A stretch of 64,000 nt of DNA from Octopus vulgaris. Its lineage: Eukaryota. The notes beneath the pieces were generated by a model. The model searched no databases and was not told where the DNA came from. It saw nothing but the letters and a program-made list of their open reading frames with translations. Below are positions 38,440 through 51,753 of the stretch, piece by piece (positions within the stretch are counted from its first letter, which is position 1; each line of letters begins with the position of its first letter). Location of the stretch: the NCBI GenBank assembly GCA_951406725.2, contig OX597817.1:170314001-170378000 (forward strand), written 5' to 3'. The translations under genes and the position numbers were made by a program.

Positions 38440-38868
38440 CATCCCTCTCCAACAACCTTACCTCCGTTTAATGCCAAACTTTGGTATCAAAACCTACCAC
38501 TCACTGCGCCACGGAAGACGCTGCCAGCTACCACCAATCAACAAAAAGGCTGGCCAGGCAGCAAAAACCCTGCGAGAGTCAAGTCTGTTGGTTCGAGGAG
38601 CACAACTATTCAACTCCATTCCGGTACATGTCAGAAATCTATCAGGATGCAGTGTGGAATCATTCAAATTGCAGCTGGATAGATACTTAAGCACCATTAG
38701 AGATGAACCCCATCTCGCAGGATATACACAACGAGCACAAACTGACTCAAACTCGCTCCTACACATGTCAAAATTAAACAGAGAATACAACCTGGCAACC
38801 ACACCAGACTCTGAGGGTGGAGTCTTCGACTTGGCCTGAGCATGGACTCAAACTCAAATGAAATGAAA
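38440..38868 (+). mobile_element. CR1-group LINE 3' fragment
   Basis: RHGRRC..SLLVRGAQLFNSIP..FKLQLDRYLSTIRDEP..SNSL. Confidence 0.75.
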
Positions 38869-38869
38869 A

Positions 38870-40037
38870 ATAATCATAGCTGTGTTGAGGTCATAAATGT
38901 ATTGTAATCATAGTTATGTTGAGGTCATAACTTTATTGTAATTATAGCTATGTTGAGGTCATAACTGTATCATAATCATAGCTGTGTTGAGGTCATAAAT
39001 GTATTGTAATCATAGTTATGTTGAGGTCATAACTTTATTGTAATTATAGCTATGTTGAGGTCATAACTGTATCATAATCATAGCTGTGTTGAGGTCATAA
39101 ATGTATTGTAATCATAGTTATGTTGAGGTCATAACTTTATTGTAATCATAGCTATGTTGAGGTCATAACTGTATCATAATCATAGCTGTGTTGAGGTCAT
39201 AAATGTATTGTAATCATAGTTATGTTGAGGTCATAACTTTATTGTAATCATAGCTATGTTGAGGTCATAACTGTATCATAATCATAGCTGTGTTGAGGTC
39301 ATAAATGTATTGTAATCATAGTTATGTTGAGGTCATAACTTTATTGTAATTATAGCTATGTTGAGGTCATAACTGTATCATAATCATAGCTGTGTTGAGG
39401 TCATAAATGTATTGTAATCATAGTTATGTTGAGGTCATAACTTTATTGTAATTATAGCTATGTTGAGGTCATAACTGTATCATAATCATAGCTGTGTTGA
39501 GGTCATAAATGTATTGTAATCATAGCTATGTTGAGGTCATAACTGTATCATAATCATAGCTGTGTTGAGGTCATAAATGTATTGTAATCATAGTTATGTT
39601 GAGGTCATAACTTTATTGTAATTATAGCTATGTTGAGGTCATAACTGTATCATAATCATAGCTGTGTTGAGGTCATGAATGTATTGTAATCATAGTTATG
39701 TTGAGGTCATAACTTTATTGTAATCATAGCTATGTTGAGGTCATAACTGTACCATAATCATAGCTGTGTTGAGGTCATGAATGTATTGTAATCATAGTTA
39801 TGTTGAGGTCATGAATGTATTGTAATCATAGTTATGTTGAGGTCATAACTTTATTGTAATCATAGCTATGTTGAGGTCATAACTGTACCATAATCATAGC
39901 TGTGTTGAGGTCATGAATGTATTGTAATCATAGTTATGTTGAGGTCATAACTTTATTGTAATCATAGCTGTGTTGAGGTCATAAATGTATTGTGGTCATA
40001 GCCATATGGTGGTTAGATCTATACCAAAACATCTATA
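38870..40037 (+). repeat. Same 34/102-bp minisatellite (array 2)
   Basis: Same variants and same terminal segment GTGGTCATAGCCATATGGTGGTTAGATCTATA. Confidence 0.95.
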
Positions 40038-40386
40038 CTAGGCTAGTACTTATAGCATTGATCAACAAAATTTGACCATTTTGCTGTCCCATGAACTAAG
40101 GAAAGTGAACTTTATAGTACTTTTAATACAGATTCTGAATCTGTTTTTAGAATTCTTCTATCAGGCATGGTTTTTATGTGACAGAGTAATTAAATTATAC
40201 AATAAATGTACTATATTAATGCAGAAATAAGGCTGGCAATTATTATTGGTCAATAGAATTAATGAAAAATTCAGTCCCACAAACAAAAGTAGGTGAACTT
40301 AATAGCGTTTTATCTGCAGAATTCTAGGTGTTTTCAAATTTTTTCGATAAGTCAGTTTTTCTTTGATAGCATTTATTAATGGTTAA

Positions 40387-40607
40387 CCCTTTCGTTACCA
40401 ACCCGGCTGAAACCGGCTTTGGCTCATTAGTACAAATGTCTTGTTTTCATAAGTTTTGAATTAAAATCTTCCACCAAACCTTAGTCACAATTTATGTTCC
40501 TAACACTAGCTTAGTGATAACTAAGTTATTTTACTAAATTCTTTGTTATATTTAAAGTAATTAAAAGAAACACAGACCATCTCAAAATAAATACAGTAAT
40601 GAAAGGG
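40387..40607. mobile_element. piggyBac-type MITE (family 2)
   Basis: TTAA|CCCTTTCGTTAC...GTAATGAAAGGG|TTAA; same TIR as 36350-37649. Degenerate relatives at ~16971-17187 and ~54143-54320. Confidence 0.85.
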
Positions 40608-40684
40608 TTAAACAATTGTATTTCATGAATTCATGATATTACAAGGAAATTTACCTTTAAAACATAGAGGCATATGATTTTCGA

Positions 40685-41174
40685 CTATTTAGCTTCCGGA
40701 ACATTCCTTTTTAGTGACCAACAATAATCAGCCAGCATAGAAGAGCTCCACTTTCCTTGGTACCAGGTTTCCATGTTCAGAATATCCTGTTGAAAGCTGA
40801 TAACTCCAAAATTTGCTGGCAAAATGTCCAAGTGACAATTCAAGAAGTGGATTTTTGGGCTCATATTGCATCCCAAAGCCTTGTATGATGTCAGTAGCTC
40901 GTTCACAATGTCAGGAATAGTTTTCTGCTCTGTGATTCCCCAAAAAGTCTCTGCAAACTTTCTTAAATGACAACCACGCAGCTTTTTCAACATTGAGCCC
41001 TTCATCAAACTTTTGGTCTCTCATCAGCTCCCTAATCTGTGACCCAACAAAAATAACTTCCTCGATTTTTGCATCACTTACCCTTGGAAATTTAGTTTCC
41101 AAATATGTGAATCCCTTGAAATTCTTTTACTTTTGTATGAAAGTGTTTTCTTTGTTTATCTCTGTGTCATCTGT

Positions 41175-41215
<41 letters not shown>

Positions 41216-42522
41216 TGTAAATTAGGTTATCTACGAGATACCACCATGCTGAAAATAGCAGCCATGATCTGACTCTAAAACCACATTCAGTGTCCATATA
41301 GCAACACGGAGAGAAGACAAAGAGACTAGATGAAACTAGTAAAAAATTACTGGATAATTCCAGATCACGGATTTCTGGCTTTGCTCTCAATCCTGGCTTA
41401 ATATGCAACTGAGGTAGATAGATTTTCTCAGAATCAACAAGGGGAGGATTGATGATATTCTTCTGTTCAGGAGTCAGAGGTTCTTTCGGTCACACATTCT
41501 TTTCATAATAATTTTTCTTGTCCCGACTGTCCCACTCACAGAGAAAGCAACAAAACTTGGTGTAACCCAGCTGCATTCCAAGTAAAAGTGCTACAACCTT
41601 TAGGTCACCAACAAATATTCCACTTTATATTCCTCATACTTAATTTTTTGCCACAGAAGCTTCATACTCTCATATGTTTCCTTCATGTTAGCCGCATGGG
41701 GCAGAGAAACAGAAGGAAACTTATTTCCATTGTGGAGTAAAACTGCTCTCAAGCTTACTTTTGAGGAGTCAATAAACAAATGTCACTCATTTGTGCTATA
41801 TTTGTGGTTAAGTTCCTCTATAACAGAACATACATCATTACAAAACACCTCACCATCCTCAAGTGAGGAAAAATTTGCAAAATCACAATGCTGAGCATGA
41901 TAAAAACTAACTTTGGTCTCTTTCTGGAGAAGATTGCAGCCCTTTAACCTGGAACCAAGACGTTCAGCTTGTTTTTGCAACAAGTTTAAATCTCACACAG
42001 GATCACTCAGATCTCCCTGCCTCAACAAATGTGGTTCACTTGAACAGTTAGGTTCAAAGTCCATGTCTTCCGTTTCTTTTTCCATATCTTCACCATTTGA
42101 CTTGTCGTCACTAAGTGTCATTTGTTTTGGAGGGTCAGGTACAGGCAAGTGTTGACTGTGAAGTACTGGTCTCAGCAGATTGTAAATTAGGATATTTTAA
42201 GTATGCTTGGATTTTGATGTTATACCTTATATATTTGTCATGTAGAAGTAGCAATCTGAAGTGTGATATTTGGGCTCTCTCCAGATCATAGAGATGGCAA
42301 AAGGCATATGGCGTGAACCTTTGGCCCATGCAGTGAGAAGCTTGACACAGGTTACACAACGCGCATAAGGGGCCCAGCTTTTATCTTGGTCACCCATTTT
42401 GCAGTCAAAATAATGCTCATAGCACTTTTTAACCTATGGTGTGTAATGCTTTGTAACTTGAATGCTAAGTCACCACAGATATAGCAAAAGTTGTTTGCGA
42501 TGTTTATACAGTTTCTTGGCAT
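40685..42522 (-). pseudogene. Disrupted Chapaev-like transposase
   Basis: Fragments MPRNC..FCYICG, YPNLQSA, LGSRLKGCNLL, LFIDSSKVSLRAVLLHNGN, GDLKVVALLLGMQLGYTKFCCFLCEWDSR, FPRVSDAKI, MSPKIHFL, YQGKW..MLADYCW; many frameshifts. Confidence 0.75.
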
Positions 42523-42819
42523 TATGAGGATGAATGGAATATGTGAACTTAGTATACAATCGCATGCCTACACTTCAAGCACAGTACTGACAAAGCATCG
42601 GTGACTCATTGACACAGTGTTGTTAAGCTTCGGTGACTCATTGACTCAGCTCAATTTATGATTTCATTAGGTTAATTCTTTTCATAAACATTTAAATTAG
42701 CTTCACTGTTAGCTTCACATTTCAACAGCTTAACTGAAATTTATCCCACATATCAGGAACTGAGAGGGATATTGTGGAACAGAGAAATTGTGGGTGATAC
42801 AGATATTGCGACATTATTT

Positions 42820-43087
42820 GAGAGTTGCTGAAGCATGGAACAAACTGCCGGCATCAGTTGTTAGTTGTTGGAGCACTGCATCCTTCAAAACTTCCATGCT
42901 TTCTGAGATTCGCCAACACTACACCTGATTTTCTCCCCTCCATACATACACGAAGCATGTATCTGACTCATACATTGTTTGCTTTCCAGACATTATTACA
43001 TTACTGCATATACTTTATATGCACTTTCTGACAAGTCGTGGTGCACCTGAGCACTGTATACAATAATTTCATTATTATTATTATTAT
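42820..43087 (+). mobile_element. CR1 LINE 3' fragment (same family) inside the Chapaev-like element
   Basis: GAGTTGCTGAAGCATGGAACAAACTGCC...GTGCACCTGAGCACTGTATACAA(TTA)n. Confidence 0.8.
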
Positions 43088-45059
43088 ATTATTTATTTTT
43101 GAATTCTGCATGCAAAAACATATAAGATACAGGTATTCTTTTTCTTGAGACAAATTCTTTGTTGACTAATGTAGTTAACCAACGTTCATTATAGTTTCAA
43201 GGGAGACAAACCTTCCATTGACTAGATATCAGTCTATTGCTGTTGACATTGGTATATCATTAAATTGAACTGAATGGAATTTAAACTCTGAACTGAATCT
43301 TTTAGAACAAATTGTCAAGCTCAAGAACACAAAATGTTTACAGTGGATACAAACCTGTGATTCTCAGTAATTTTCTTTTTTTAAATCTCTGAACCCTTTG
43401 ATTACTGTTTTACTCTTGTGGGCCCCCATAGCCATTCAATGTTCAAAAACTAGTTTTATAGATACTTCTTTCAAAATTCCTATTTTGTTTATCATGCATT
43501 CATTTGTCTAGGCTGAACTATGTAAAATTCTAGAGAAAAAAACCTAACTGTTTCTTGTAATAAAAACATTTAAAGCAAACTTTTGTTATTGGACCCATAA
43601 AATACTATTGTGTACTCAATTTACTATTTTGCTTGTGTGGATCCCCGATCATTTCCTAATCGTATATGGAATCTGGTTGAGAACCACTGATATAAACTGA
43701 GACTAAATAGCCAAAAATCTTGTCCACTCAACTATTTTATCCACGGGTGACCATGGCTTTAATTCTTAATATAGTCCATTGGGAAATGAAATCCAGTTTT
43801 TCTTTTCTTTTCAAACATTATTATGAAGGCAATAAGAGCTTTAAAAAGACTTTAATCTAAGTGATATTAAATGGCATTTTGAGGCCATAAACAGCTTCTT
43901 CTTTCAGAGCAAACTATTCAAAGCCCTGAAGAAGTAGGGCTATGATTAAAGACATTCCAGCTCTGACCATCTTGGCTTTCTTCAAGCAAAAGTCTACTCA
44001 GAATCACATTATCCAATATGATTTTTTTTTTCAAGACAATAGAGTGTGATTTAAGATGCATTTGACTGCTATTTCTAGCAAGTTGAACAAACAGTTGCAG
44101 CTCCATTGTTTAAATCTTTAGTTTTTTATGTTCTGTTGGAAAGTCTGATTATATAACGGTTATTAACTGCAACATTTTTAAAAAGAGGATTCAGCTTATG
44201 ATGGCAAACTTAACTTGCATTCAACTCTTAGTTGATATTTCAACACTGAGGCAGTGAGCTGGCAGATTCATTAGCACACCCAACAAAATGCTTAGTGGCA
44301 TTTTGTCTGTCCTCACATTCTGAGTTCAAATTCCGCCAAGGTAGGCTTTGCCTTTCATCCTTTCAGGGTTGATAAAATAAGTGCCTTTTGAACACTGGGG
44401 TTGATATAATCGATATATATTCTTCCCTTAATTCTTGGCTTTGTGCGAAAATGTGAAACCCATATCTCTACACTAAGCAGAAAGAACTGTTTTTTTTTTT
44501 TTTTTTTTTTTTTACAAGGACACAAAATGAATACTGGTGTTATGTTATTATTTGAAATTCTACAAAAATAAATAAATAAATAAAATATGTCCCTCTAGAT
44601 AAAACCTGCATATTCTTGAAGGAGTTGACCATTTCTTCTTTCTTGGCATTAATGTAGTGGACAGAGAGATTGACCGAGTCATCTTATGAGCACCAAATAA
44701 AAGAAGTGCTTCCTAAACTCATTCATAGACACCTCTTGACTTAGAGGAAGGCATAAACAGTATTACATCTATTCAACAGCTTTGTATACCAAGTTGTAAT
44801 AGTTGATACAGTGAGAATGCAGTGGAATCTCAGACTGATAGAAAACCAATATTATAATTATATCACATACACTGTTGTACATAAACAGTTAGTCCTGCTG
44901 AAAATTATAACTACTAGTAGTAGTAGTTTGGTCTTAAGTCAGTTTTGATTAAGAAGACAAATGATCAAAAATGTTCCATCTCTGACCATCCCACTTTTTA
45001 CTTTCAGACTTCTGGTATTTGGGAATATGGTATTTAATAAATCCATTGGTGGTGGAATT

Positions 45060-45370
45060 GTGAAGGCTTAGTGGTTAGGGTATTTGGCTTGTGAGTTTAA
45101 TTGCCGGTGGTGTGTTGTGTCCCTGAGCAAGACACTTTTTTTCGCGTTGCTTCAGTTCACTCAGCTGGCAAAAATGAGTAGTACCTGTATTTCAAGGGGG
45201 TCAGCCTTGTCACACTCTGTGTCAAGCTGAATCTCCTTGAGAAGTATTGTGAAGGGGTACACGTGTCTGTGGAGTGCTCAGCCACTTGCACATTAATCTC
45301 ACGAGCAAGCTGTTCTGTCGATCGGATCAACTGGAAACCTCATCATCACAAGTGACGAAGTGCCAGTTTT
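45060..45370 (+). mobile_element. Older tRNA-derived SINE (CORE-like)
   Basis: Degenerate tRNA head, CCCTGAGCAAGACAC, CACTCAGCTG..AAATGAGTA; relatives at 4340-4490 (-) and 47575-47790 (-). Confidence 0.55.
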
Positions 45371-46679
45371 AGGTGGTGGGATGATAGAATCAGTAAAACA
45401 TCAGACAAAATGCCTTGTGGTATTTGTTCTGGCTCTTTACATTTTGTGTTCAAATTCCACTGAGGTTGGTTTCACTTTTCATTCTTCTGGGAATCAGTAA
45501 AATAAAGTACCTGTGAAGTACTGGTGTTGGTATAATCAGTTGCCTCTTCTCCCAGACTTTGTGGTCTTGTTCCTGTGTTTGAAATTATCTAATGTGTCCT
45601 CTTTTTAAGGTAATGGTTGAAGGAAATTTGACTACTAGTTGTAGCAGATCAAATAATTACATGGAAACTCTTTTGTTGGTTCAAGCTGTACTGCAGCTAG
45701 AGCTAGTGACAGTAGCTTGAATTTGAAAGATTTGGAAGGAGCTGTATGTGACTGCTGAGAGGCAATTTCTCAGTACAAAACATGATTGCAATCTATCTTT
45801 TTGGAGAGTGGTGATAGTAGAAACTGGAGTATTATAGTGACTTGTGGGGCTTAAGTTGAGTCTTACCGCTTAGATGAGTAAGTTTAGAAGTGGGTTATCC
45901 ACATGACTAAAAACCAGAATGGAAAATTTTATTTATGTTGAAGGAGATGGTGCAGAATCGTATTTCAGAATTAGATATAGTGACATTTGTAGAAATTATT
46001 ACAAAATGAAACATTTTGAACATGTTGGTTTTTCTTTATGACTCAGCATTTGATATATAAACGTTTGTTGCTTGCCATCAATTAAAAAGGCACAAATAAA
46101 CATTTAATATTTACTAATATTGATTTACAATAATATTTCACTGCTTTATATTTGAATAGCTAAGTGTTGTTGTATTTATGGAGTTAGCTCAATTTATTGT
46201 TGGCATTTTATGACGGAAAGGCAGCTAAAATACTTAATATCCTGATAAATTTAATGACAGTGCAAATAAGTTGGCCAATATTTTCAACAAGGGATTCATT
46301 TTCAGCCTTGACTTTCAAGCATATACAAGACAGGGCTTTACAAGCTCATGAGAGAGGGAACCCCCTCCCTATTACAATGGAATCATAATGTAAAGAGTGA
46401 ATCTTTCATGTCTGGAAGTATGGTGTATCTTCCACAGTTTGGCAGAATCTGTCTTGTTCTAAGTAACATTCGTGGTAAAATTTCTCTCATTAGTCACAGC
46501 TCCAATATCAACTGTTTCTGCCTGGTGAATGTGAACTAGTTTTAAATTCTGTCTGAACCAAATAAGCCTATGAGTCAAATTCTTATATGAATAAATAATT
46601 ATGGCAGAATTTGAATTCAACATTATAACAAAGTATTTGTCATTTATACAGTGTTGCCATTGTTGACCAGAGTCTACTG

Positions 46680-46934
46680 CAGTGTTTCGCAACCTATTTT
46701 CCTGCCAAGCCTTACTATAATTTTCTAGAAAAATGTATGCCCAACCAGTGGGTAGAAAAAAAGAAAATTTATTTTTAGGAGTGGCTTTTTGGTAAGTAAC
46801 TTTCTTACCAACCACATGGTTCTGGGTTCACTCCCACTGTGTGGCACCTTGGGCAAGTGTCTTCAACTATAGCCTCGGTTCGGCCAAATCCTTGTGAGTG
46901 GATTTGGTAGATGGAAACTGAAAGAAGCCCGTCT

Positions 46935-46983
<49 letters not shown>

Positions 46984-47821
46984 ATATGCTTGTGTGTCTG
47001 TGCTTGTCCCCCACAACATTGCTTGACAACCAATGCTGGTGTGTTTAGGTCCCCATCAATTAGTGGTTCGGCAAGAGAGATCGATAGAATAAGTACTGGG
47101 CTTACAGAGAATAAGTCCTGGGATTGATTTGCTCGACTAAAGGCGGTGTTCCAGCATGGCCACAGTCAAATGACAAACAAAGAAAAAGAATAAAGAATAA
47201 TTGTTTAACACACAAGAATCAACCTACATTTCTTTTAAGTACTGAGTACAAAAAAAGTACATTACTGACTAAGAGAAAATAAAGTGAATCACTTTGCCGA
47301 GAACCTTGTACGTGGTGAGTGCAGCAGATTTCTTTGATTTGAGGAGACAATTTTGTTAGCTTCAGCCATAAATCACCAAGTTTTGTAATTTCAAGTCTGT
47401 ACCCCTTGACTTGAAGCAAATCCTCAACAGCACTAAAGCCACTCAACCAAATAAGACTGAAAAAATTTTTTTAAAAATTTGAATCCCATGCCCCACCACA
47501 ATTTTCCCAGGCCCCACTAATGGAGAATATGCTAAAATTAAAGCTAAAGTTACCTTCTTGTGTGAAGCTAACTAATAAGGGCTGGTTTCCATGGCATATA
47601 ATATCCCCACCCGGATGGGACACCGGTCTGTCACAGGATTACTAATTTTTGCCAGCTGAGTGGACTGGAGCAATGTGAAATGAAGCGTTTTGCTCAAGGG
47701 CCACAGCATGTCACATAGTCTGGGAATCGAAACCACAATCTTACAATCATGAGTCGAGCACCCTAATCACTAAGCCACGTGCCTCCACAGTGGGTTGTAT
47801 TCCCCACGTTGGGAATCACTG
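46680..47821. mobile_element. hAT-type non-autonomous element carrying two SINE insertions
   Basis: GTCTACTG|CAGTGTTTCGCAAC...GTTGGGAATCACTG|GTCTGCTG (8-bp TSD, 1 mismatch). Confidence 0.7.
46776..47200 (+). mobile_element. SINE family A
   Basis: Full-length homologue with (TG)n. Confidence 0.85.
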
Positions 47822-48531
47822 GTCTGCTGTATTTTCACATCGGTGGATATGATCAGTGTTAGTTGAGTTGTTAAGGTTACTGTACTGTGCTACTCTTTTA
47901 CTTGTTTCAGTCATTTGACTGTGGCCATGCTGGAGCACCGCCTTTTAGTCGAGCAAATCAACCTCAGGACTTATTCTTTGTAAGCCTAGTTGTGGTGCAC
48001 CTGAGCACTGTATACAATAATTTCGTTATTATATATTATTATTATTATTATTTATTCTATCGGTCTCTTTTGCTGAACCGTTAAGTGAGTTGTTGACCAG
48101 ATATTAACTTTGAATATTTTGGCTTGTAGATAAACATTCTATCGAGGTGAGTTGTGCTGATTGTTAGAATATAGTTACTATTATCAGCAGTTAGAAATTT
48201 AAAGGTTGATAATTATTTAATTATCTTTTGCAAACACATAAAAGTTTGCAGTGAACTGTTTATGTAGCATTTTGAGCATTTTGGATAATTTAAACATCAT
48301 CTATCGTCTCACTGATCCATCAGTGATGTGGAACTTCTATTATGCAGCATGGAAAATACTTTTTTTTAAAAATAGTTATTTCTGAAGGTACTGCTTTATT
48401 TAGCATGGGAATATTCGGGATGACTTAACTGTAGCAACAAGAATTATCAATTAAAAAGTAACATAGATGCAGCACAGAATTTTGTCAGTGAACAGGTCGC
48501 GGTCTCAAAGCTACGAAAATATTTTGGCAAA

Positions 48532-49041
48532 TCTCTATATATATAAAGCTCCTTCGAGACCCTACAGTGCAAGTTGACCAAAATTGAGAGTATGATAGAA
48601 GAAGGCTTGCTCTTCCTTCCATAGAAGAAAAAATTCAAATCGGACCATGTTTACACCAAACATTATTTACATCAAAAGGTGCTTTTTTTTTCTATGGAAA
48701 TCCCAATTTTTTACGATATTTTTGACTGCAGTGTCGCCATTTTTCGGTGTATTTCAACCAGAAAAATGTTCACTTAAAGAGAATAACAAGCTACATAATG
48801 CAAAATTTTTACTTTTCAAAAATTCCAATTCTAAAGGGTCGAAACAAACCTGAGCAACGCCAGGTGACACTGCTAGTATAAATAAAATCTTGATGTTGCA
48901 TCTTGACTTTGAATTTGCATCACTCCTTATCCATAACTTACAGGAAAGTGTAAGATGACTGTTAGCCACCAGCCATCTTTTCAAAAATTCCAATTCTAAA
49001 GGGTCGAAATAAACCCGAGCAACGCCGGGCGATACTGCTAG
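48532..49041 (+). mobile_element. Composite Helitron with two 3' ends
   Basis: A|TCTCTATATA start; hairpin plus CTAG at 48876 and again at 49041|T. The flanks rejoin to match the repeat at 55775-55890. Confidence 0.8.
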
Positions 49042-49346
49042 TTAAATTTAAATGTTGAAGTGAATCTAACGGTTTTTGTGTGTTTCTTAAATGGCTTCTA
49101 AACACCTTCCACGCTGCAATAGTTATCTCGCTTATAGCATTGTTTCAAGGGAGATTACTCTTGTGTGATTCGTAAATGATAATTATCTTCGTTCCATCAC
49201 ACATATTCGATTGGTCATTTGAAATACTTGATACCTCGCTCGCAACATTTCTTTGATATTCTAACATGGGAGTGGAGTGTGTAGCTAATTCAGAAAGGAG
49301 TGATAAGCATTGCCCTACCTAATTAAGTCATTAAAAAAAAAAAGAG

Positions 49347-49770
49347 GGCAATCTTTCGTCTCTAGTAGACCTTTCCGTCGATTTCCGTAAAAAAAATTTT
49401 TTTTTTTACATATGGGCTTGCGGGAACTTTTGAAGTATTGAGAGCGAAAGAGACTAAGACAAAGCGATTGTATGACGAGGGAAGTTCTTTTGAAGTTACC
49501 GTCCAGGGGAAGCATTGGTGTACATGTGTGTGTGTGTGTGTTTGATGGGGTGTGGGAGACAGACAGTATGTTGTGTAAGTGAAGTGCTTCTGTTAGTGTG
49601 TGTGAAGAGACAGAGTAATGTGTGAAAGAAAGAGATAACTGACATTTTTTACTCAGTGTATGTGTATATGTATGTATATTACTTGAAAAGTTCCCGCAAA
49701 CCCATATGCAAAAAAAAAATTTTTTTTTACGGAAATCGACGGAAAGGTCTACTAGAGACGAAAGATCGCC
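49347..49770. mobile_element. MITE with ~90-bp TIRs, GG/CC ends and 8-bp TSD (Merlin-like)
   Basis: AAAAAGAG|GGCAATCTTTCGTCTCTAGTAGACC...GGTCTACTAGAGACGAAAGATCGCC|AAAAAGAG. Confidence 0.85.
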
Positions 49771-50002
49771 AAAAAGAGTTCCTGGATTCCATCCTCCCGT
49801 AACACCATGTCGAAATGGACGTTAAAATGGTGTCAGATCTTGAAATTTTGGGCTTCAAACTGATAATCCTACTTGACATTTATTAATCTTTTTGCCACAA
49901 CAACAAAATGCCTTTAAAGTTCAACTGATTCTCAAAATAAAGCTTGAATCTATATAAAATGGGATTAGTAAAAATAGATGCAACTTCTATTTTATTACTA
50001 CA

Positions 50003-50372
50003 CTAGCAGTATCGCCCGGCGTTGCTCGGGTTTGTAAGGGAAATAACTATAAAGCATTTTTAGAGAGTTATAGCCAAAAAATGGAAAAAAAATGATGTTA
50101 AATTTTTTTTAGTTAAAAAGGTCGAGTTGCGTCCCCTAGACAGTCTGTGGTTTGTGTTTCTGATTCTCGACCCCATGTCGAATTTATCGATTTTTTTCAG
50201 AACTGGGGTAACTTTTCAAAATTTTCGCTGCGTTAGTTTTGAATTATGACATTGGGCTATGTGTGTGTCAAGTTTCATCAGAATCGGTTGAAAGCCGTGG
50301 TCAGGGTGAGGGTACAACCAAACAGACACACAGATACGCACACAGACAAACTGCCGTTTATATATAGAGAGA
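50003..50372 (-). mobile_element. Non-autonomous Helitron
   Basis: 5' TCTCTCTATATATA; 3' CCCGAGCAACGCCGGG hairpin plus CTAG; A|T target. Confidence 0.85.
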
Positions 50373-50429
50373 TTAAGGTAAATTTAGAACTCACAGGTGA
50401 CAGATGTTTATTATTATCAAGTTATATCT

Positions 50430-50585
50430 CTCTCTTTTACTCTCTTTTACTTGTTTCAGTCATTTGACTGCGGCCATGCTGGAGCACCGCCTTTAGTCGA
50501 CCCCGGGACTTATTCTTTGTAAGGCCAGTACTTATTCTATCGGTCTCTTTTGCCGAACCGCTAAGTGACGGGGACGTAAACACAC

Positions 50586-50631
<46 letters not shown>

Positions 50632-50790
50632 CACACACACATATATGATAAGCTTCTTTCAGTTTCCGTCTACCAAATCCACTCACAAGGCATTGGTCGG
50701 CCCGGGGGCTATAGCAGAAGACACTTGCCCAAGATGTCACGCAGTGGGACTGAACCCGGAACCATGTGGTTGGTTAGCAAGCTACTTACC
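50430..50790 (-). mobile_element. SINE family A
   Basis: Homologue with internal deletions. Confidence 0.85.
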
Positions 50791-51358
50791 ATGAATTTTC
50801 AATAAAATTCTAATTTAAATATGAACAATAGAAATGGTTTGTATCATGGGATAAGGGATGGTAGTGGACTGGATAATATTGAAAGAACCTCAGTTATTAT
50901 TTAATTAACTCTTTCTTCTTCAACAATTAACAACTGATAGAATACCAGTGACTCGGTTGTATGTATATGACTAATCACGTTCTATTACTCTTTGTTGTAG
51001 TAAAGTAAGCAATTCAATTGGACATGTTTATAATAAAGAGTTTATATGACTTTCAAATGCAGCAACAGTATTTCTAAAGAAAAAAATATATACAATTATG
51101 GTTTAATATTCCTCATTCATACTCTTCAAAACAGAATACCAGTGGGTGGTAGTAGTTGAAGTTTGGTTTTTGTTTGCTCTGTCTCCATGCACAATTTGAA
51201 TTTAACACTCTGGATTAAACAAAGCAGTATTTAGTGCTGTATCTTCAGTAGCCGTCCAGTATGAGCAGGGTATACAATTATATGTGTTTAATTCCTTTCT
51301 CTTAGTTTATAATATTTCTGATAATGTTTCTATTTTGAGAAATATTGATATCTTACAT

Positions 51359-51753
51359 CAGGGGGGTCTCCAAAGTGGTCGATATCGCCCCCTAGGTGTC
51401 GATGGGACTATTCAAGGGGTCGATAAATGCACATCTACTTAATTATTATTACCATTTATTTATTTTAAGGTTGTGAGCTGGCAGAATCGTTAGCACGCCA
51501 GACGAAATGCTTAGCTGTATCTTGCCTGGCGCTACATTTTGAGTTCAAATTCCGCAGAGGTCAGCTTTGCCTTTCATCCTTTCTGGGTCGATAAATTAGG
51601 TACCAGTGAAACACTGGGGTCAGTGTAATTGACTAGTCCCCTTCCCTAAAATTTCAGGCCTTGTGCCTATAGTAGAAAAGATTATTTATTTTTCTTGTAC
51701 AGTCGATGAGAGGTCAAGGATTCCATGAAGGAGTCGAGGGTCTAAAAACTCTG
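51359..51753. mobile_element. hAT-type MITE containing a SINE
   Basis: TCTTACAT|CAGGG...CTCTG|TCTTACAT, perfect 8-bp TSD. Confidence 0.75.

Larger units (their letters stand above)
40056..43171 (-). mobile_element. Fossil DNA transposon, probably Chapaev3/CMC superfamily
   Basis: TAG|CATTGATCAACAAA...TTTGTTGACTAATG|TAG (imperfect TIRs, 3-bp TSD); carries nested insertions. The family name is assigned from recalled motifs. Confidence 0.7.
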
